From contig CM120643.1 in NCBI GenBank assembly GCA_051362555.1, positions 14,606,644-14,670,643 on the forward strand: a DNA stretch of 64,000 bases, written 5' to 3'. Each line of letters opens with the position of its first letter. Position 1 is the first letter of the stretch. Source of the stretch: Lingula anatina (Eukaryota; Animalia; Brachiopoda). Shown here piece after piece: positions 23,795 through 38,732 of this stretch. Position numbers and translations under genes: made by a program. The notes beneath the pieces are model-generated. The model had not been told where the DNA came from and did not search any database. It saw only the letters and a program-made list of their open reading frames with translations.

Positions 23795-24873
23795 AGATCA
23801 GTTTAATTTTAGTCTGATTATTATGAACCCATCTAAAGATTCTATAGTGTATATATTTTCTTGATTATTCTCATTTCATTGCATGGGTTTCAATTTAACA
23901 TCTATAGATTACATCAACAGTCTGCCTTCTTAGTAAATAAGGTCATAGATTGCATCACAGCGTAATATAGGAATTACATGAAAAATGGATTAGTGAAAAA
24001 GATGCTGTATTCTTTTGAATTTTGTCTTCCTCAGCTAATAGATATATTTATATATCCTATCCTTATGCACACAAGCTGCAGGTCATGCAAATAGAGAAAG
24101 TAAAAGAAAAAACTGCACTTTTTATGTCATACTTTTACTAATTGCCCTACTTGTTGAATGATCTTACTCCCACCACAATATACTTAGTAAACACATTTAA
24201 ATGAATAATTGTATTTATGATCAAAGTTTTCCCTTTTCACACTCCCTCTCCCCACCTTCCACCCCTCACTGACACACTAATGTCACTTAAAGACTCCATC
24301 AGCAAAAAAAAAAAAAAGGGGGGACAGAAAAACAAGGAAGGGAACTTTTAATGACAGTAGGCTGTAAACAAGAATTGAATCGTGTGTAAATGTCAGACAG
24401 GTAACAGTGAGATGCATATCATGTATTGGGCACTGGCTCTGTCTAGATGATATGAATCATGGAGGTGAATACAAAGGGTGTCAGCAGTGGGATCATTGTC
24501 ATATTTTGGCTGTAGGGGTAGTTCTATGAAGATCAAAGGATGCACATTTTTGTTTTTTCAAGTTTAGGGTATTTTTAATGCACCCCCTACCCCCCTCACA
24601 CAAACACACATACATATTTTTAAAAAAGAATTCATCATCTGAATTTGTTCCAGAAATGTATTGAAGCCTTTCTATTTCCCCAGCTCATTGCTTGTAGGCA
24701 TATTTATTTATAAAAAAAAAGAACTTTGGTGAAGGCAGAGGGTGTTCAGTGGGAAGGGTTGGGAATCTTTTAATATTTTAAAATAACTGTCTGGCACCTC
24801 TGAAGACCTGCATTGTCTGCATTTATCTAAGCGCTTGCCAGGTCTTTGAAAGTGCCTGGATATATAACTTAAA

Positions 24874-24929
<56 letters not shown>

Positions 24930-25853
24930 CTGTCTCTCAGGCCTGGAGATACAGCATTTAAAAAGTAATGATATTGTTTCTGTAATTTACCAAGCTACAG
25001 TATTATCATGCTTTACATCAGCCATTTTAACTAAGAATTTATACCCCATAGTTACAGACTGTCCAAATTGAAATGGTTTCGTTATTTGAAAGAGACAAGA
25101 TCAATACATATTACTGTCACCTTCCATTTTTCTCATATGTTTTACTGTCTGATAATGAATATTAAGTAATTTCAATAGTGTACTTAAGGAGACACACCTT
25201 TATTTGTAACAGCTGAAAAGTTAGGAATTTTGCATAATTAAGCTCTAAGTTTCTGTCGTAATAATGGTACCTTTTAACCCAAGAAGTCTGGATTTTTTTA
25301 CTGGTTAGAAAATGATATTTGTGTGTAGATTATGACTGACAAATCATCACTAGTTCTTAGATTTTGAGTTATTTAAACCCTATGACCAAGCCGATTTTTG
25401 AAATAGAAAAAAGAAGAAAATTATAAGAAAATCTGTTTAACACTGGTCCCCTGCTCGCGGTTTGTCAGATGTGTTTGTATGTCAAGCTGAGATTCGAGCC
25501 ATCCACCCCCCCCCCCCCCCCCCCCAGGGCATGAACAGAGTACCTTTGCAAAAAAAATGAGATAAAACCTGTATAAACAATCTTTGTTAATTTTGGGAGA
25601 TAAAGATCCTTGTCTGCAGTGTAGACAGAAGGCCTCAAAGGTGACAGTCTGAGTCGGACATATTTGAATATCCTTGACGTAGTTATGACAACAGGTCAGA
25701 AGTGAGAAATGTTTTAGTACCTGTCTCCTTGCCAAATTCAAAGTCTATCTTTAAAAAAATATGACAATCATCATAATGAAGAAGATTCCATAATCAGGGC
25801 AGAAGAATATTTCTTTCCAATTTGGAAAATGAAGTTGACATTGCATTTGTTCA

Positions 25854-25855
<2 letters not shown>

Positions 25856-25917
<62 letters not shown>

Positions 25918-26079
25918 TGGATCGAAATATTTTATATTAAGTTACAGAAATTTCATGTTGAATATTAAGTGAATTTTTAAAAGGAGATATACTATCATTT
26001 CAATAATCTTTTAAAATTGCCAAGTCACCCCAAAAATGTATTGTACCCTTATCTTCTTTACTCAAGAACTGTATTGTTT

Positions 26080-26162
<83 letters not shown>
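25856..26162. repeat. Two (TA)n microsatellites
   Basis: 25856-25908 and 26083-26162; further (TA)n at about 45662, 61242 and 63654, (GT)n at 66, (CT)n at about 24877, (CA)n(GA)n at about 39060. Confidence 0.95.
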
Positions 26163-26167
<5 letters not shown>

Positions 26168-27979
26168 TGTTGACTTTAAAAAGTTGACAAAATTGTCTTT
26201 TATGGTTTGAAAGAATGATAATGGCACTCCTGTAACCCATGAATTAAGCATTTGTCATGTTAATGCTGAAACACATGAAAAATACCTATTGCCTCTTGAG
26301 GATTGTCTTAAATCTAGGCAGTTTTACTTTAATTTGAACCATTTTGTCTGATTTAATCAGAGAAAAAATGTGTCCTACTTGTAAACTGAAAACATTTAGT
26401 GTCCCCGATGATTCTTCTCCTTAAAGTTAATCTTGTCACAGTTTTTAACTGTCCACTTTTTAAGGAATAAAAAATTAAACCCTGTTTGTAGCCTGAAAAA
26501 AGATCCCCTCAAGAAATCCTGCCATATGTCTGTCATATTTAATTAACATTATAACTTGTTCTTTGAGTGTGAAAAATAAAGCTTTATTATTATTATTTCT
26601 TTCATTAATTTATGTTAATTCCATAAAAAATACCCTAGGTTCTAGATTCCGGTATTGCCAGCTCGATCCTGATTTCATATGTAACCCATATCAGCAATAC
26701 TTAGTAAAAGTGACTCCAAGGTATATTTAATATTTATCAAGCTAACTTTTACGTTGCTCTGACACTCAGGGTAATAAAAAAGGGCTTAAACAAAAATATG
26801 CTGGAGTCACCCCACCTATTAATTGCATGCAGAATGATGAGGTGTGTTGGGTTGGATCCGTAACTAAAGGTTCAGGAATCAGTTCCTTGTCTACCAGATT
26901 GAAACCAGATATGGATTATAACATTATAATGCAAAATAGGGTGAGGGAAAAATGAAGCTGTCTGCTTTGGTTTCGTGGAGGGGAAATTACTTTGTTTAAG
27001 TGACAGTTACGTATTTTTTCTGAACCTTCTTCACATCAGCCTCCCCTTTATTAATAAGGTTGTGGCTAAGTCTCTTTGGCATGTTGCATCCTTATTAGAA
27101 ATGAAATTTCCCCTTCTTGCACCGCTGATTTCCATCTTTGATCGGCAGCACGTTGCTACTAGTGCGTGAGTTACTGTTGTCTTTATGCTAGCACAGCAAA
27201 GAAAGAAGGCACAAAATATTGAATTTAATAAATTAGAAGAAATATTTTTTCATATGCATCATTTTTGATTAATGGAAAAGTTGTGGTTTAAAGCACCATC
27301 AAGTGCAATATATTTTGAATGTTGACCAGAGACTACAGAACAACAAGATGTATATATAATCTAATTTTTTTTTAAGGGGGGTAGATATATCTTTTGTTTT
27401 TCATGGCAAAACACGGATATTAAGCAAAGGACAAAGGAATTACGAGAAGCTGTGCAGGGCAGATAAAGGGCTTGTTTGCATGTTGGTTTGTCACTGTGGT
27501 TAACGCACAGTCCTGATGATTAGCTCTTTCTGCCTCCTCACAACCTGCTTTTTTTGTTATTTTTTTAATCCCAAACATAGATTGACGCATATCCTCCTTT
27601 TTGGACCTTTTAACCCACAGCATCTCCGACACGTTTGTGGTTTTGAGGGGAAATACAATGCATTCAGTAGATAATAAGATGAAGTGAACTTCATGTTGTT
27701 CAATTCAATTTATAAGTATCATACATGCTTTTTCACCTGTACTTTGGTGCAAAATTTATGAATTTCAGTGCAGTGGAAATGTTAATACTTATCTGTACGA
27801 AACATGAAATATCCTTGGTTTATTTGTGGGTTATGGCTGACCTAAGAACATGCAAGCATGTACATACATTCTATGTATTTCAAATGCAAGCCTCGATTAG
27901 GCCAAATATGTAGATAGGTGTGTAAAAAGGTGCCCCTTTAAAATAATTTTTAGTGACGATTATTCTTTTTTTTTTCTAG

Positions 27980-28099
27980 GCATTTGTTGGTCCTGGTTCC
28001 AATCTATCTCTGCAATTCATGTCCAATGCCTGGAGTGACAATCCAGATGACCGAGTGCCAACCAGAGAATTCGTGGATTTTGACAGAGAACCGGGAAAG
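27980..28099 (+). CDS. CBFB: CBFB coding exon 3
   Basis: poly-T ctAG|..|GTacgt; AFVGPGSNLSLQFMSNAWSDNPDDRVPTREFVDFDREPGK vs human AFVATGTNLSLQFFPASW...PSREYVDLEREAGK; 120 nt. Confidence 0.95.
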
Positions 28100-29304
28100 G
28101 TACGTGTCATTGGAAATCTCAATATGCTTACATTTTATTACTATCACACTAATTTGAATGCATTAGAATGCTCTTGGGTTCAGACAGGTGGGATATATAC
28201 ATTTGAAATGCAGATATTAAGAGACCAAACTGATTTAGATAGATGTATAGTCTTTTGATTGAGTGATTCCTCTTCTTTCTGGCTTACTTCATGGTCAAGA
28301 AAGGTATTTGCTTATGAAATATTGAAATAGATATGTATGACCTTTTTATTGTGTGACTTGTCCCTTTGTTTGAAAGCTTGGTTTTGGTTGAAATAATGAG
28401 ATGTTATATAAGCTTGCCTTTTTGAGTAAAGGTGCTTGCCTATAATTTGAAGATTATGTGCTTGTTGTAAATGTTTTGCAGTCAGGGTTTTGACAATTGA
28501 AACATACTATAAAAAGAATATGGAAGAAAAGGTATAAATTGGAAAAGTAAAAGAATAGTCCAAGTAATTATTATCATCATTTAGACATATGCCTCTAGAA
28601 AAGAAGACAGATCCTTTGACAAAGGGCTTGTATCCATATAAAAAAGAACAACCGAATAGCCAATGATGTCCCCGGGCTCTTTGTGTACAAATGTTTGGAT
28701 TTGCGGTTACATCAAAAGAAGGGCAATAATAGCACCAATATGATTATAACTAACTCAAGTTATTTTCCTACATCAGGTATCAGTTGGAGAGTTTTAGGTC
28801 ATGTCTGGTCATTCAGGTGTAATTTACACAGTCAGGTCATAACCCCAGGCCTGCATCTAAAGTCATGTTTTCAGCTTCTCCCATAAGTTGTCTATGTAAA
28901 AGAGATTTGATAAATTTAAACAACCACACAAGTTTTCTGCTTGTTATGTCTATTAACTTTAACTAGTACCTAATTATAAATATGTTTTGGGGAAAGTTAT
29001 TTTTGCTAGTTGTGCATATTATGTGTCTAGAAATGTATTTTGTTTGGCTGATGGATGGATGCTTTAGGAAAATGCGACAAAAGAAAATTAAAGAATAAAA
29101 TATAGCCGGTATGAGGCCATGGTTAAAAAAAATATTTGCCATTGATGCTAGCACCCTTATGTTAGTTAAGTGATTCTTAAATTATGAATAATATGAAATC
29201 TTAAAAAGGAGAAACCACATTTTGTAATGAGACCCTTTGATCAGTGGCATATGAGCATGAAATATTGACACTGGCACCATGATAATAGAAGGGAAAATTG
29301 TGCA

Positions 29305-29348
<44 letters not shown>

Positions 29349-32300
29349 TCATTATTTATTTTCTCATATTCCATCCACCAACTTCAATGTTTGCCCCTGT
29401 ATTAATTATGTCCGCAGCTTTGAGCAAAAAAGGCGATTTTAATAACAGGTGGACAAACTGAAATCAGAAAAATCGGGGATACACTGACAAACGTTTCACC
29501 AAGAATAAAGGATCTTATCCTTTCAAGTCTGCACCTATTCCCAGAGCAGAGCTACTGTCATACTTGATGTAAAAAATAAATTTCATTCAGTTGCACTTGC
29601 AAATCCTGTGAGGATTTCAAGAACCCTCCCTTCTATTATTGTCCTCCTCTTTTCGGGGGTTGTAATTGTTCCTTTAAACTAAGTGCATATTGTAATATTC
29701 ATGTGCATAATTTACAATGATGTTTGATGTTTTGGATTTTTTTTCATTCAAAGCATGGGAATTACATTACCTGTCTTCAGAAAAAGTCAAATAAGAATAG
29801 AAAAAAAAGGAAAAAAAATAATTCCCCACTGCTATAGCTAAAGATCAGACTGAAAGGGTCAGCAATTGGACTCTTTAATTCGTGCAAAATGCAATTGAAC
29901 AGCGCATCAAAACATGGCACCAGAAATTTTATTCTAAATTTCCTCAATTTACGTCATTTGGCAGTTAATTTGTTTTTATTCACACATGTTTCTACACATG
30001 TGAAAATGTGAATATAAATGATTTGACCATCAAAGTTCACTTCCTAAATTCCCTGAAAAGTACTCATTATAACTGTGACTGGTGCTGCTATTATTATGTT
30101 TCTATATTTATGTTTTATGCTGTAATACAAGTGTCAGAAACGTAAACGCCATTCCTGCAGACGCAGATATGACATTTTCTGAGAAATCTGACATCAGTTT
30201 GACGCCTTCTGTTTGTGTGTTTTCTATGCAATTCCTAGGAAGTCACTGCAAATAAGGCAGAGAATCATGTTACAGCATAGTCAGAAAATTGAGATACTTT
30301 GCAGAAGACAATTGATTGAATGAGATCAAAGTTAGAGGAAGAAACTGGCCTCAGAACAATGATCAATTTCCTTTGAAACTATTTAAATCTTATGAATGTG
30401 TACAATTTAAATGACCGACCTTAAATAGGTCATGCATGTCCCCCATCTTAAAAGATACAACGGGAGCATATTAAGTGTGGTTATTTTTTGTGAAGTTTTT
30501 GAAAAATGTTAAATTTGTTCTTACTTACAGAAGTAACTAACCACTAACTCAGACAAACAAGAATAAAGCGTGTAATTAATCTAACCTATTAAGCGACAAA
30601 AATTTGATCATTACAAATTGATATTTATTGATAAGAAGACAAAGAATATATTAGAAAAGAAAGAAAGAAATGGAACAAATTCTATGGGGATTTATTTGTG
30701 ATAAACCTCGAACTTTTTATCTCACTATTTTTTTATCATACTTATTTATTTTGGAGTGAATGTTGTCATTTAAAATTTCTTCAATCCATTTTAGAGGGAT
30801 TAAATTAATACTGAAGAAAAATCATAGCAGATTTCATACAGGATAAAATGTAATGATATTAAAGAAGGAGCAATTTATATTGACCAGATGATTATTTAAA
30901 TCAGTTAATAATGACTTTCCTAGGACCGACAGAAATATCTGTGATTTATGAAGTATGTTATAATGAGCATAGTATGGATAGTCATAGAGGAACATGATAT
31001 ATGCATAAGCGTATCCTTTACTATGACAGTCATTTATAATGCTACTTCAGAACCCTGGATTTTGTGGTTTTGGCTGCAAAGATAAATCTAGGGGGAGGGT
31101 GGGGGAATGCTTTAGAATTGATTAGTAAGTTGGGATGCAGTTTCTTTCATTATCAGAACTACTCTGTTAATACGAAAACATTGCATTGAGTCTGTGGATA
31201 TCAGTGAGGCAGTGGCGCGGTCACCAGGTATTTTTCTTTGTGTCCTTGGCGGACTAGACTGTGTACAGAATTGGAAGTGTTCGTGGTGACAGAGAGTTCC
31301 TGGTGACATGATGGAACAGTCAGATTATGCGCATGCAGGAACTTCATCCTGCCTGGATCCTGCTAAGGACATCTGAACTACAACCACAAGTTAGTTCAGC
31401 TTCAAATGCCTGTCAGTCTCCAATGTGGCTTTCTTCACCAAGGTGCTTGTATTTGTAACAGCCGCAGGTAGCAGAAGATTATATTAAAACCCACCCGGAT
31501 TTTCAAAGCATACTGGAAACATGCCTCTGTCATCATAGCTTTGCTGAAAATGATACTGAAACTCAGGGTGATTGTTGTCAGCTTCAAGATGCACTTGAAA
31601 TTCATTTTTTTTTTTGCCACAAAAGTTGACCAAATATATTGATGCCACCAAATAGTTTCATATAGTGCAACTGAAAGAAATACTTAAGGATGCCATTTCA
31701 TGTTACCCGAAAAATGACATTTGAACAGATTTTTTCTGCTTGCTTTCTGTGCTGTATAACTGGGACACATAAGTAGACCACATAAATAGGTCAAATTTAC
31801 GACCAAAAATCTGAAAAAAGGTGCAGATCAAATGTATCTTTAAGCTTGATTTTCTCATAGAAAGCCTCATACGGCAAGGTGACGGCACCAGCAATGTTGG
31901 GGACTAGCTATTACAACTAAGAAAAACTCATGTATACTGTAAATTAATATACATTTCATAATTTTAAGTTTGCTAGCTTTCAGAAATGCTCTAACTCAAT
32001 TGTTGTGAAAATGATTTTCTGCGTGTAACCACCTGTTTGATGGATCAGTTGGGAAAAGAAAAAAAAACTTAAATTTATGAACTGTAAAGATTAATCTAAT
32101 GACAATCATTATAGCAGATGAGGCAAATGACCAAAATCTTTAACCACACAATGGACATTTGGTGACAGGGAGGTGCACGTTTTGGGGCCTTAATCCCATG
32201 GCAGTCAATCTGTGGGTGAATGGTGCTTATAGTTGCGGATGCAAATTCTTTTCAAGGCGGGAAGTCAATTGAACTATTTGACCACACTTGTTAGGCCTGA

Positions 32301-32468
32301 TTTAAATGTAGGTAGTTGCAGGCATTTACCAGGTGTTTGTGGGTTTGAGCTTTCTGAGGACCCTTTAACCACAGTCCATATGGTTAATCAGCTTTTGACA
32401 GCACTTAAAGATCAGCTTTGGTGGTGTCTTAAGCTTATTTTAAGCATGATCTCTCTCTTTTTTTTCTC

Positions 32469-32508
<40 letters not shown>

Positions 32509-34769
32509 TCCTCTTCATGATATAAACCTCGCTTACTTCATCAAATGACGAGGTTGCAAAGAAACCCCACTGCATGTATGTGTATCAATATAGCACATAG
32601 AAATACTAGTGCTTGGATATATTTGATAGGTTGATGATGGTCAAATGATTTAACAAAGAGAAAATTGTTGTTAAAAGGGGAACCGTCATTTCTGTGACAT
32701 AAGACGTCACTCACTGCTCAACACTAGGATGAAATTGCCTCGTAATTGCTGATAACTGGACTGATGTCAAATGAACAGGTATGACGCCCCGAGGTCCTTA
32801 TCAGTCATCACATGTGACAACAGTTTGACGTGTGAGAGAAATGCGGAGGCTATTGGATTGATGTTTTGCTTCAGGAATGATCACCTTTCACGTCATTCAC
32901 ATACAGCCTGGACCATTTAAAGGTTACACATTATCAAAATATTCATCAAAATATGCATGTTTTAGATGGGTTATTGTTTTCATTTTGTAAAGCAAAAATA
33001 AGAATTGAGGTAATTTAAGTGAGGCCCATTAGCCTGAGCATGGCTTTTAATTTTGCAGTACATCTATATTACAAAGCAGTTCGTAGGTTTAAAGTAAGGC
33101 GGTGTGAATTATTACACTCAATGAAAATGACATGGGTGTGTTCATAATATAGGTGAGTAAAGTTTCTGGTGTACTATAAATTGAAACTCGAGGCAATGGG
33201 AGTGGGTATCATCAAAAAGTTTGACCAATTCAGAGATAAGGGGCATGATAATCACTGACCATCCCAATATCTTAAAGGCAGAAAAAACAAGCAGGTTTCC
33301 TCAATTAGATATAAACTTTCATCATGAAAGCTTTGTTTCCTTGAAATATGTGGGGGTAGAACAAATTGGTGGAGTTATTAGAATTGGAGCAGTGGTATTT
33401 ATTTATAAGCATATTAACCAACAAAACCAAAAAGGGTGGAATGATTCATTTATATTTGTCCTGGAGATTGATAAAAAAGCACAAGATATAAATAATAAAA
33501 ACAAGGAAGCAAAGTAACAAGTAAATAACATACAAAAGTGGGTTCACACCAATTTATGAAATAGACTTACAGCATTTTATGATTCACTGTACATGTAAGC
33601 AAGTGGCTATGCCCCCACAGTGCAGTCTGAATTATGAAAGAAGAATATTAATATTCCGGTCATTAACCACCCCCCCCCCCCCCCCCACCCCCAAGAACGC
33701 ATCAGGCAAAATGTTGTCTGACTGTCAAGTACAACTGGCACCCATACATCACCTGAATAAAGAGACCCTCTTAATTTTTCCCTTGAAGATGTCTCCCATT
33801 TAAAACAGATTCCAATGCATCATATAATTGGCAGCACTCGTTATGTTGATATGTCATGTTAAGTGGGATGTAATTACTTTGATTTGGGTGTAATTATGTC
33901 TATTTGCCAGGCTGACATAGATAAACACAAGTACACGAGGGCAAAAACGGGCCACTTATGTCATTTTCTTTGATTGTTTTTTTTTTATGAAAGAACGTTT
34001 ACACTTTGGAATATTGGATCCCATCAATGCAAAACCAACTACTAGTAAGATGAGACCAAGGCAAAGGCAGCAAAATTTAATGGAAATACAAGCCAGTTGC
34101 AATTCCTGAATCAGATATTTTTTATCATCAGTTGCTGTATTTATGTAACACTGGGATAAAAACTAGAGTTACTAGAGATTTATTACACATTGTTCAATGC
34201 GTCAGATGCCTTGTTATAATACAGCCTAAACTATGACCCCTGAGATTGCCAAATAAAACAACCCATTTTGTCCTACCAGACTAGAAAACGTGTGAGAGTA
34301 TGCTTGAAACTCATGCATGGGAAATGTTGTCTTATAAAGCAATACATACATGACACACAAAATGATGTGAATTCATATTGTTGCACAAGAGACTGTAATT
34401 CAACAGAACTGAAGAGAAAACACTCAGACAAATATCCAGGATGGATAAATTCTGTCAGCTTTTATACATTGCCGTACTGCTCTTAAACGGCACTGCACTT
34501 TCATGCTGATTAAGCCTTGAGGCTTTGGGCTATTTCGGATGATCCCCATCGTATATCTGTTCAAGGTAATCTTACCTTTCAATTACAGCATAATTGCCTA
34601 AAATAGAAAACTGATATATCATTGTCTGACCAGAAAAATCCTGTCTCAGATCAGAAACTATTCCCATTCCCCAGTCTGCAAGTGTACTTGGCTAGTATGG
34701 CCCTTCTCATGCCAAGTGGTATGCTACTAGTAGTTAAAAAGTTATAATAAACATTTCCATAAACCAATT

Positions 34770-35165
34770 GTGCTAGCTGGATCGATCCAACTCTTCAGAG
34801 TTTCTCGCTCAATTGCACACAGTGAAAGTGGCTAAAATGCTGCCATGCCTACTCAAGCTGCTAGAGTGTAATTACTTATCCTCTTCGAACCATGGAGATG
34901 GATAGTTGGGATGCAGTTTCTTTCATTATCAGGACTACTCTGTTAATATGAAAACATTGCATTAAGTCTGTGGATATAACACTTTAAAAAAAACACAAAA
35001 CGACAACTCCAAATTCGGGGGTAATTAACGATAGTCAGTCACCCCCTAGTTACTCAAGGGGGCGTGCCAGACAATTAGGCTGATTTAATTGAAAGCACCT
35101 AAGTGAGAAGTGCCACAGAGTTAGATCACTCCAACTAGTACGATGGGTTTATGGAAGGAAGTCAA
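34770..35165. mobile_element. Degraded family A MITE fragments
   Basis: GGATCGATCCAACTC..TTTCTCGCTCAATTGC, ATGCCTACTCAAGCTGCTAG, GGGGGTAATT and GGCGTGCCAGACA motifs shared with family A. Confidence 0.55.
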
Positions 35166-38092
35166 ATAGCTATATTGGTACACTTCAAAAGATTGACAGT
35201 TAAATAATCTGACTAATATGTTTAGGATCAGCCATAGAGTCACCAAATGAGAACTGCCCCTCATCCCACTGTTCCACATGGCCATTCAAATTAGATAACT
35301 ATATACAGTAGAAAGTGAACTTTTAACAAACTTGTGAAAAAGAGTAGAGTATGCAAAGCCCCCTCTAAAGATATGTACTAGTACTAGTAAAGACCTCTTC
35401 CCCTGAACCATACTGCTCCATGTAAAATATACTTATGGCCTCAGTTATATGTTGGTAACCACACATCTTTATTGTTTTGTATAAATATGTCCCTGATTGC
35501 TTTCAACATGCAAAACAGATGGGTCCATCCTTGGTGGCGACATGCTACATCATTTACTGCATGAAAACCAATTCATGTCCCATGGTACTTATGCTGTCTG
35601 TCAGACTTAATATCCACCGAGGACTAAATATTCATTCGTTTTCCTTTCTCTCACTGAGTAATTTTTTTCTGTGCCACAGCTTTGTTTCATTGAAACTGAA
35701 ACCAAGTTTGGTGGTGTTGCATGTAGAAACGAATATTTTAATATTTTGACTTCATAAATCTGTAAGAATATCAATCTGTAGTAGTCTAAAAGCAGAAGAA
35801 ATCATCTTTGAATCTTATCTTTTTAATTTAAACTTAGAAAAGTGATTTTTAATGAATGTAAAGGATTGTTTTTGATTGATTGGCACTTCATGAATTAGAA
35901 ATACTTCAAAACATTTGAAACTACCTAAATTGTCAAAAAAAATTGAAAATGTCAGTTTACTAGATATTGCAAAATATGGCAATGGAGTTTGTATCCCTAA
36001 CAAAATAGTAATAAAAAGAAAATTATATGTGAAAACAAGTCGAATGCACCAGTCTTTTGAAATTCTGCAACTTACAAAGATTTACAACTTTAATTAACTT
36101 TAATTAGGCCACATTTGTTAAAAAAATTATATATCTGTGTTGGTTGTGACATTGTTGTGACATCATTGTCAGTGGCCTGTTCAGTCTATGGTAAATAAGA
36201 CATCTGATGAAGTCTACACTTAAGGAATTGGAGATGGAACAGACTCTCTTGAATATAAAAAGAGTACACTTTACTGTGATCAGATGTTGAACTCATCCAG
36301 TTTGTCAAGGGCCCAAAATTCAATAGCAGATATCTGCCTAAAATCTTCTTGTCAAGTACCTGTACCTTTCACATTTTTTATGGAGAGAAGATGCTTTGTG
36401 AAGTAGAACCACAATAGCTGAATTATGAAAACTGCCTCGTAGACAAAAGCTACAAAAGAAATCCAATAACAGGCAAATTTTAAGCCATCTAAACGCTAAG
36501 TTCAGACACTCAGCTCTCTTTGTGATTAGTGACCCTGCCATGGAAGCAAGAACCGATGTGATCATATGTATTCGGAGAAAAATAAAACCCAAAGATTGCA
36601 CATCCCTCACATCACATTGCATGCTGTAGATATAATGGGCTAGTTATACGTGCTCGCAGTTGTGGCTAAGGGGAAATCCCTGAATAATCAAAACTATCAG
36701 GATTAGAGTGATCTGAGGAGCAGCAAGCAGACAACTACTAGTAGAATTTTCAAATATTGCCAGAGTCAAATATCCAACCTGTTTGATGTTGAAATAAGAC
36801 TTTATCAGTTTGGGAATGATATTAGGTCTCAAATGTGACTTTTGTCTAGGACTAATATTTTATTATACTCTCAGATCAGTTTTGGTGTTAATCTGATGTC
36901 TTCTTCAGTCTATACTAATGTCTCTAGGTGTCGTTTGTGTTGTCAGTGGTTGAGAATTCTTGTATATATATTCTCTCTCTCTCCCCCCACCAGTGTAAAA
37001 AAAAATGAAAGAAAGTGACAAAAAGGGGATTAGAAAGACCCTGAGGCACACCAATAGAGAGGGAGGCAGATCTTCTAGTGCTGCAGGCGCAATGCTTGGA
37101 GATAATGGTCCGCCCCATCAAAATTCATTTCTATCTTGTTGTTTGTTGTAAGCTATTGTGTATCAGTCTTCTTGTAATTCTATTGAAATTTTAATATTTT
37201 AAACAATGTATGCTAGCTTTACATTATGGGTAACAATTTCAATAAAGAGTTCCTTTATTTTGATATATAGAATAATTTGTATCTCTGACTGTGAATAATT
37301 TTTTTTCTGGGAAGCCAACTCTCAATCAGCCAGTGGTTCAGATTTTAACATTATGAACCATGAAAACAAGTTGAATGATCAAGGCAGCTGACACCCTCCC
37401 CCAATAAAAATGCAAAAAAAAGTCATTTGTATGGTTTTTTAGCCTAATATATCTGATTCCACCCACCCCACCCACCTCCAAGATAACAAAACAAAACAAA
37501 AACAATCAACAAGTCACACCTATATCATCATACAAGCAATCAGTTTTAGAGCCCAAAGTTCAAAAAAGAACATTTACTCTTGACTGTGAAAATGTACACT
37601 GCAAATAATAGAAACCTTGCGGTTTTCTTTTGTGGTATGTGGGTGGATGGCCATTGACTCCACACACACTGCGATAGATCTTCGTAAATCAATTGGTGTG
37701 CTCCAAGGCGCTTATATATCCACAAGGTTGTAATCATTGTCTTGTTGTGTGTGTAAATGGATAAGAGAGTTTAGGAGCCCGGCTAGGCCTTGCCGCAGAG
37801 GTTTACTGTTGCTGTAGATCTCTTGGTTGTCCTTATCATTTGTGCAGAAAAAGAAAACAGTCATATGAAGTTACATGCAAGTAGGGATAGTCTAATGTTT
37901 ACATTAAATTTGAGAAGTTGATACCGTGAAACATAAACACATGTGCATGCACACACACACATTCACAAATACTATTTTTCATATTATTTAACCAAATTTA
38001 ATTATTTGTGATCTCTAGATTGTATGTCTTAGCTCAATGGAATATAACTGAATTGAAATATACCAATACTGGTAGTGCTTATGGTGAAAAAT

Positions 38093-38596
38093 ACTTCATC
38101 GTTGTGTTATGAATATTTACACATGATCATATATATTGTCAAATATATTATATGTACACACATTTTTACGTATATCAGGGGTTGATCCAGATATATTTAC
38201 TGACAGTCTTCCAAATTATCTTAGTTGATTCATCCTTTATTTTTGACAGTCTTCTGACAGAAAAAGATAAGATGCCTGTCAATAGAAACTTGAAAAATTC
38301 TGAACATTTTCAGGAAGATTCAGGAGATGACCTTCATCTATATACCTGTGCATTTTATATCTATATACCTGCATTTCATCATTGTGTTATTAATATTTAC
38401 ACATACTAGTAATCATATTATCAAATATATTTTTTAATACACACATTTTTACATATATATCTATATACCTGTGCTTCATCATTGTGTTATTAATATTTAC
38501 ATTAATCATATTATAGAATATATTTTATATACACACATTTTTTTGTATATAATCTATATGCACAAATTTTTTTACATATATATATATATACCTGTA
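38093..38596 (+). repeat. Degenerate three-copy repeat of about 100 bp upstream of CBFB exon 4
   Basis: TTCATCRTTGTGTTAT.AATATTTACA..ATCATA..ACACACATTTTT at about 38094, 38375 and 38475; recurring ATATACCTG. Confidence 0.7.
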
Positions 38597-38615
38597 CAAT
38601 TTTTTTTTTCCACAG

Positions 38616-38732
38616 GTCCACCTCAAGTCCCAGTTGATCATGAATGGAGTGTGTGTGATATGGAGGGGATGGATAGACCTTCAGCGCCTGGACGGAACAG
38701 GCTGCATGGAATTTGATGAAGAAAGAGCACAA
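38616..38732 (+). CDS. CBFB: CBFB coding exon 4
   Basis: ccacAG|..|GTaagt; VHLKSQLIMNGVCVIWRGWIDLQRLDGTGCMEFDEERAQ vs human VYLKAPMILNGVCVIWKGWIDLQRLDGMGCLEFDEERAQ; 117 nt. Confidence 0.97.
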
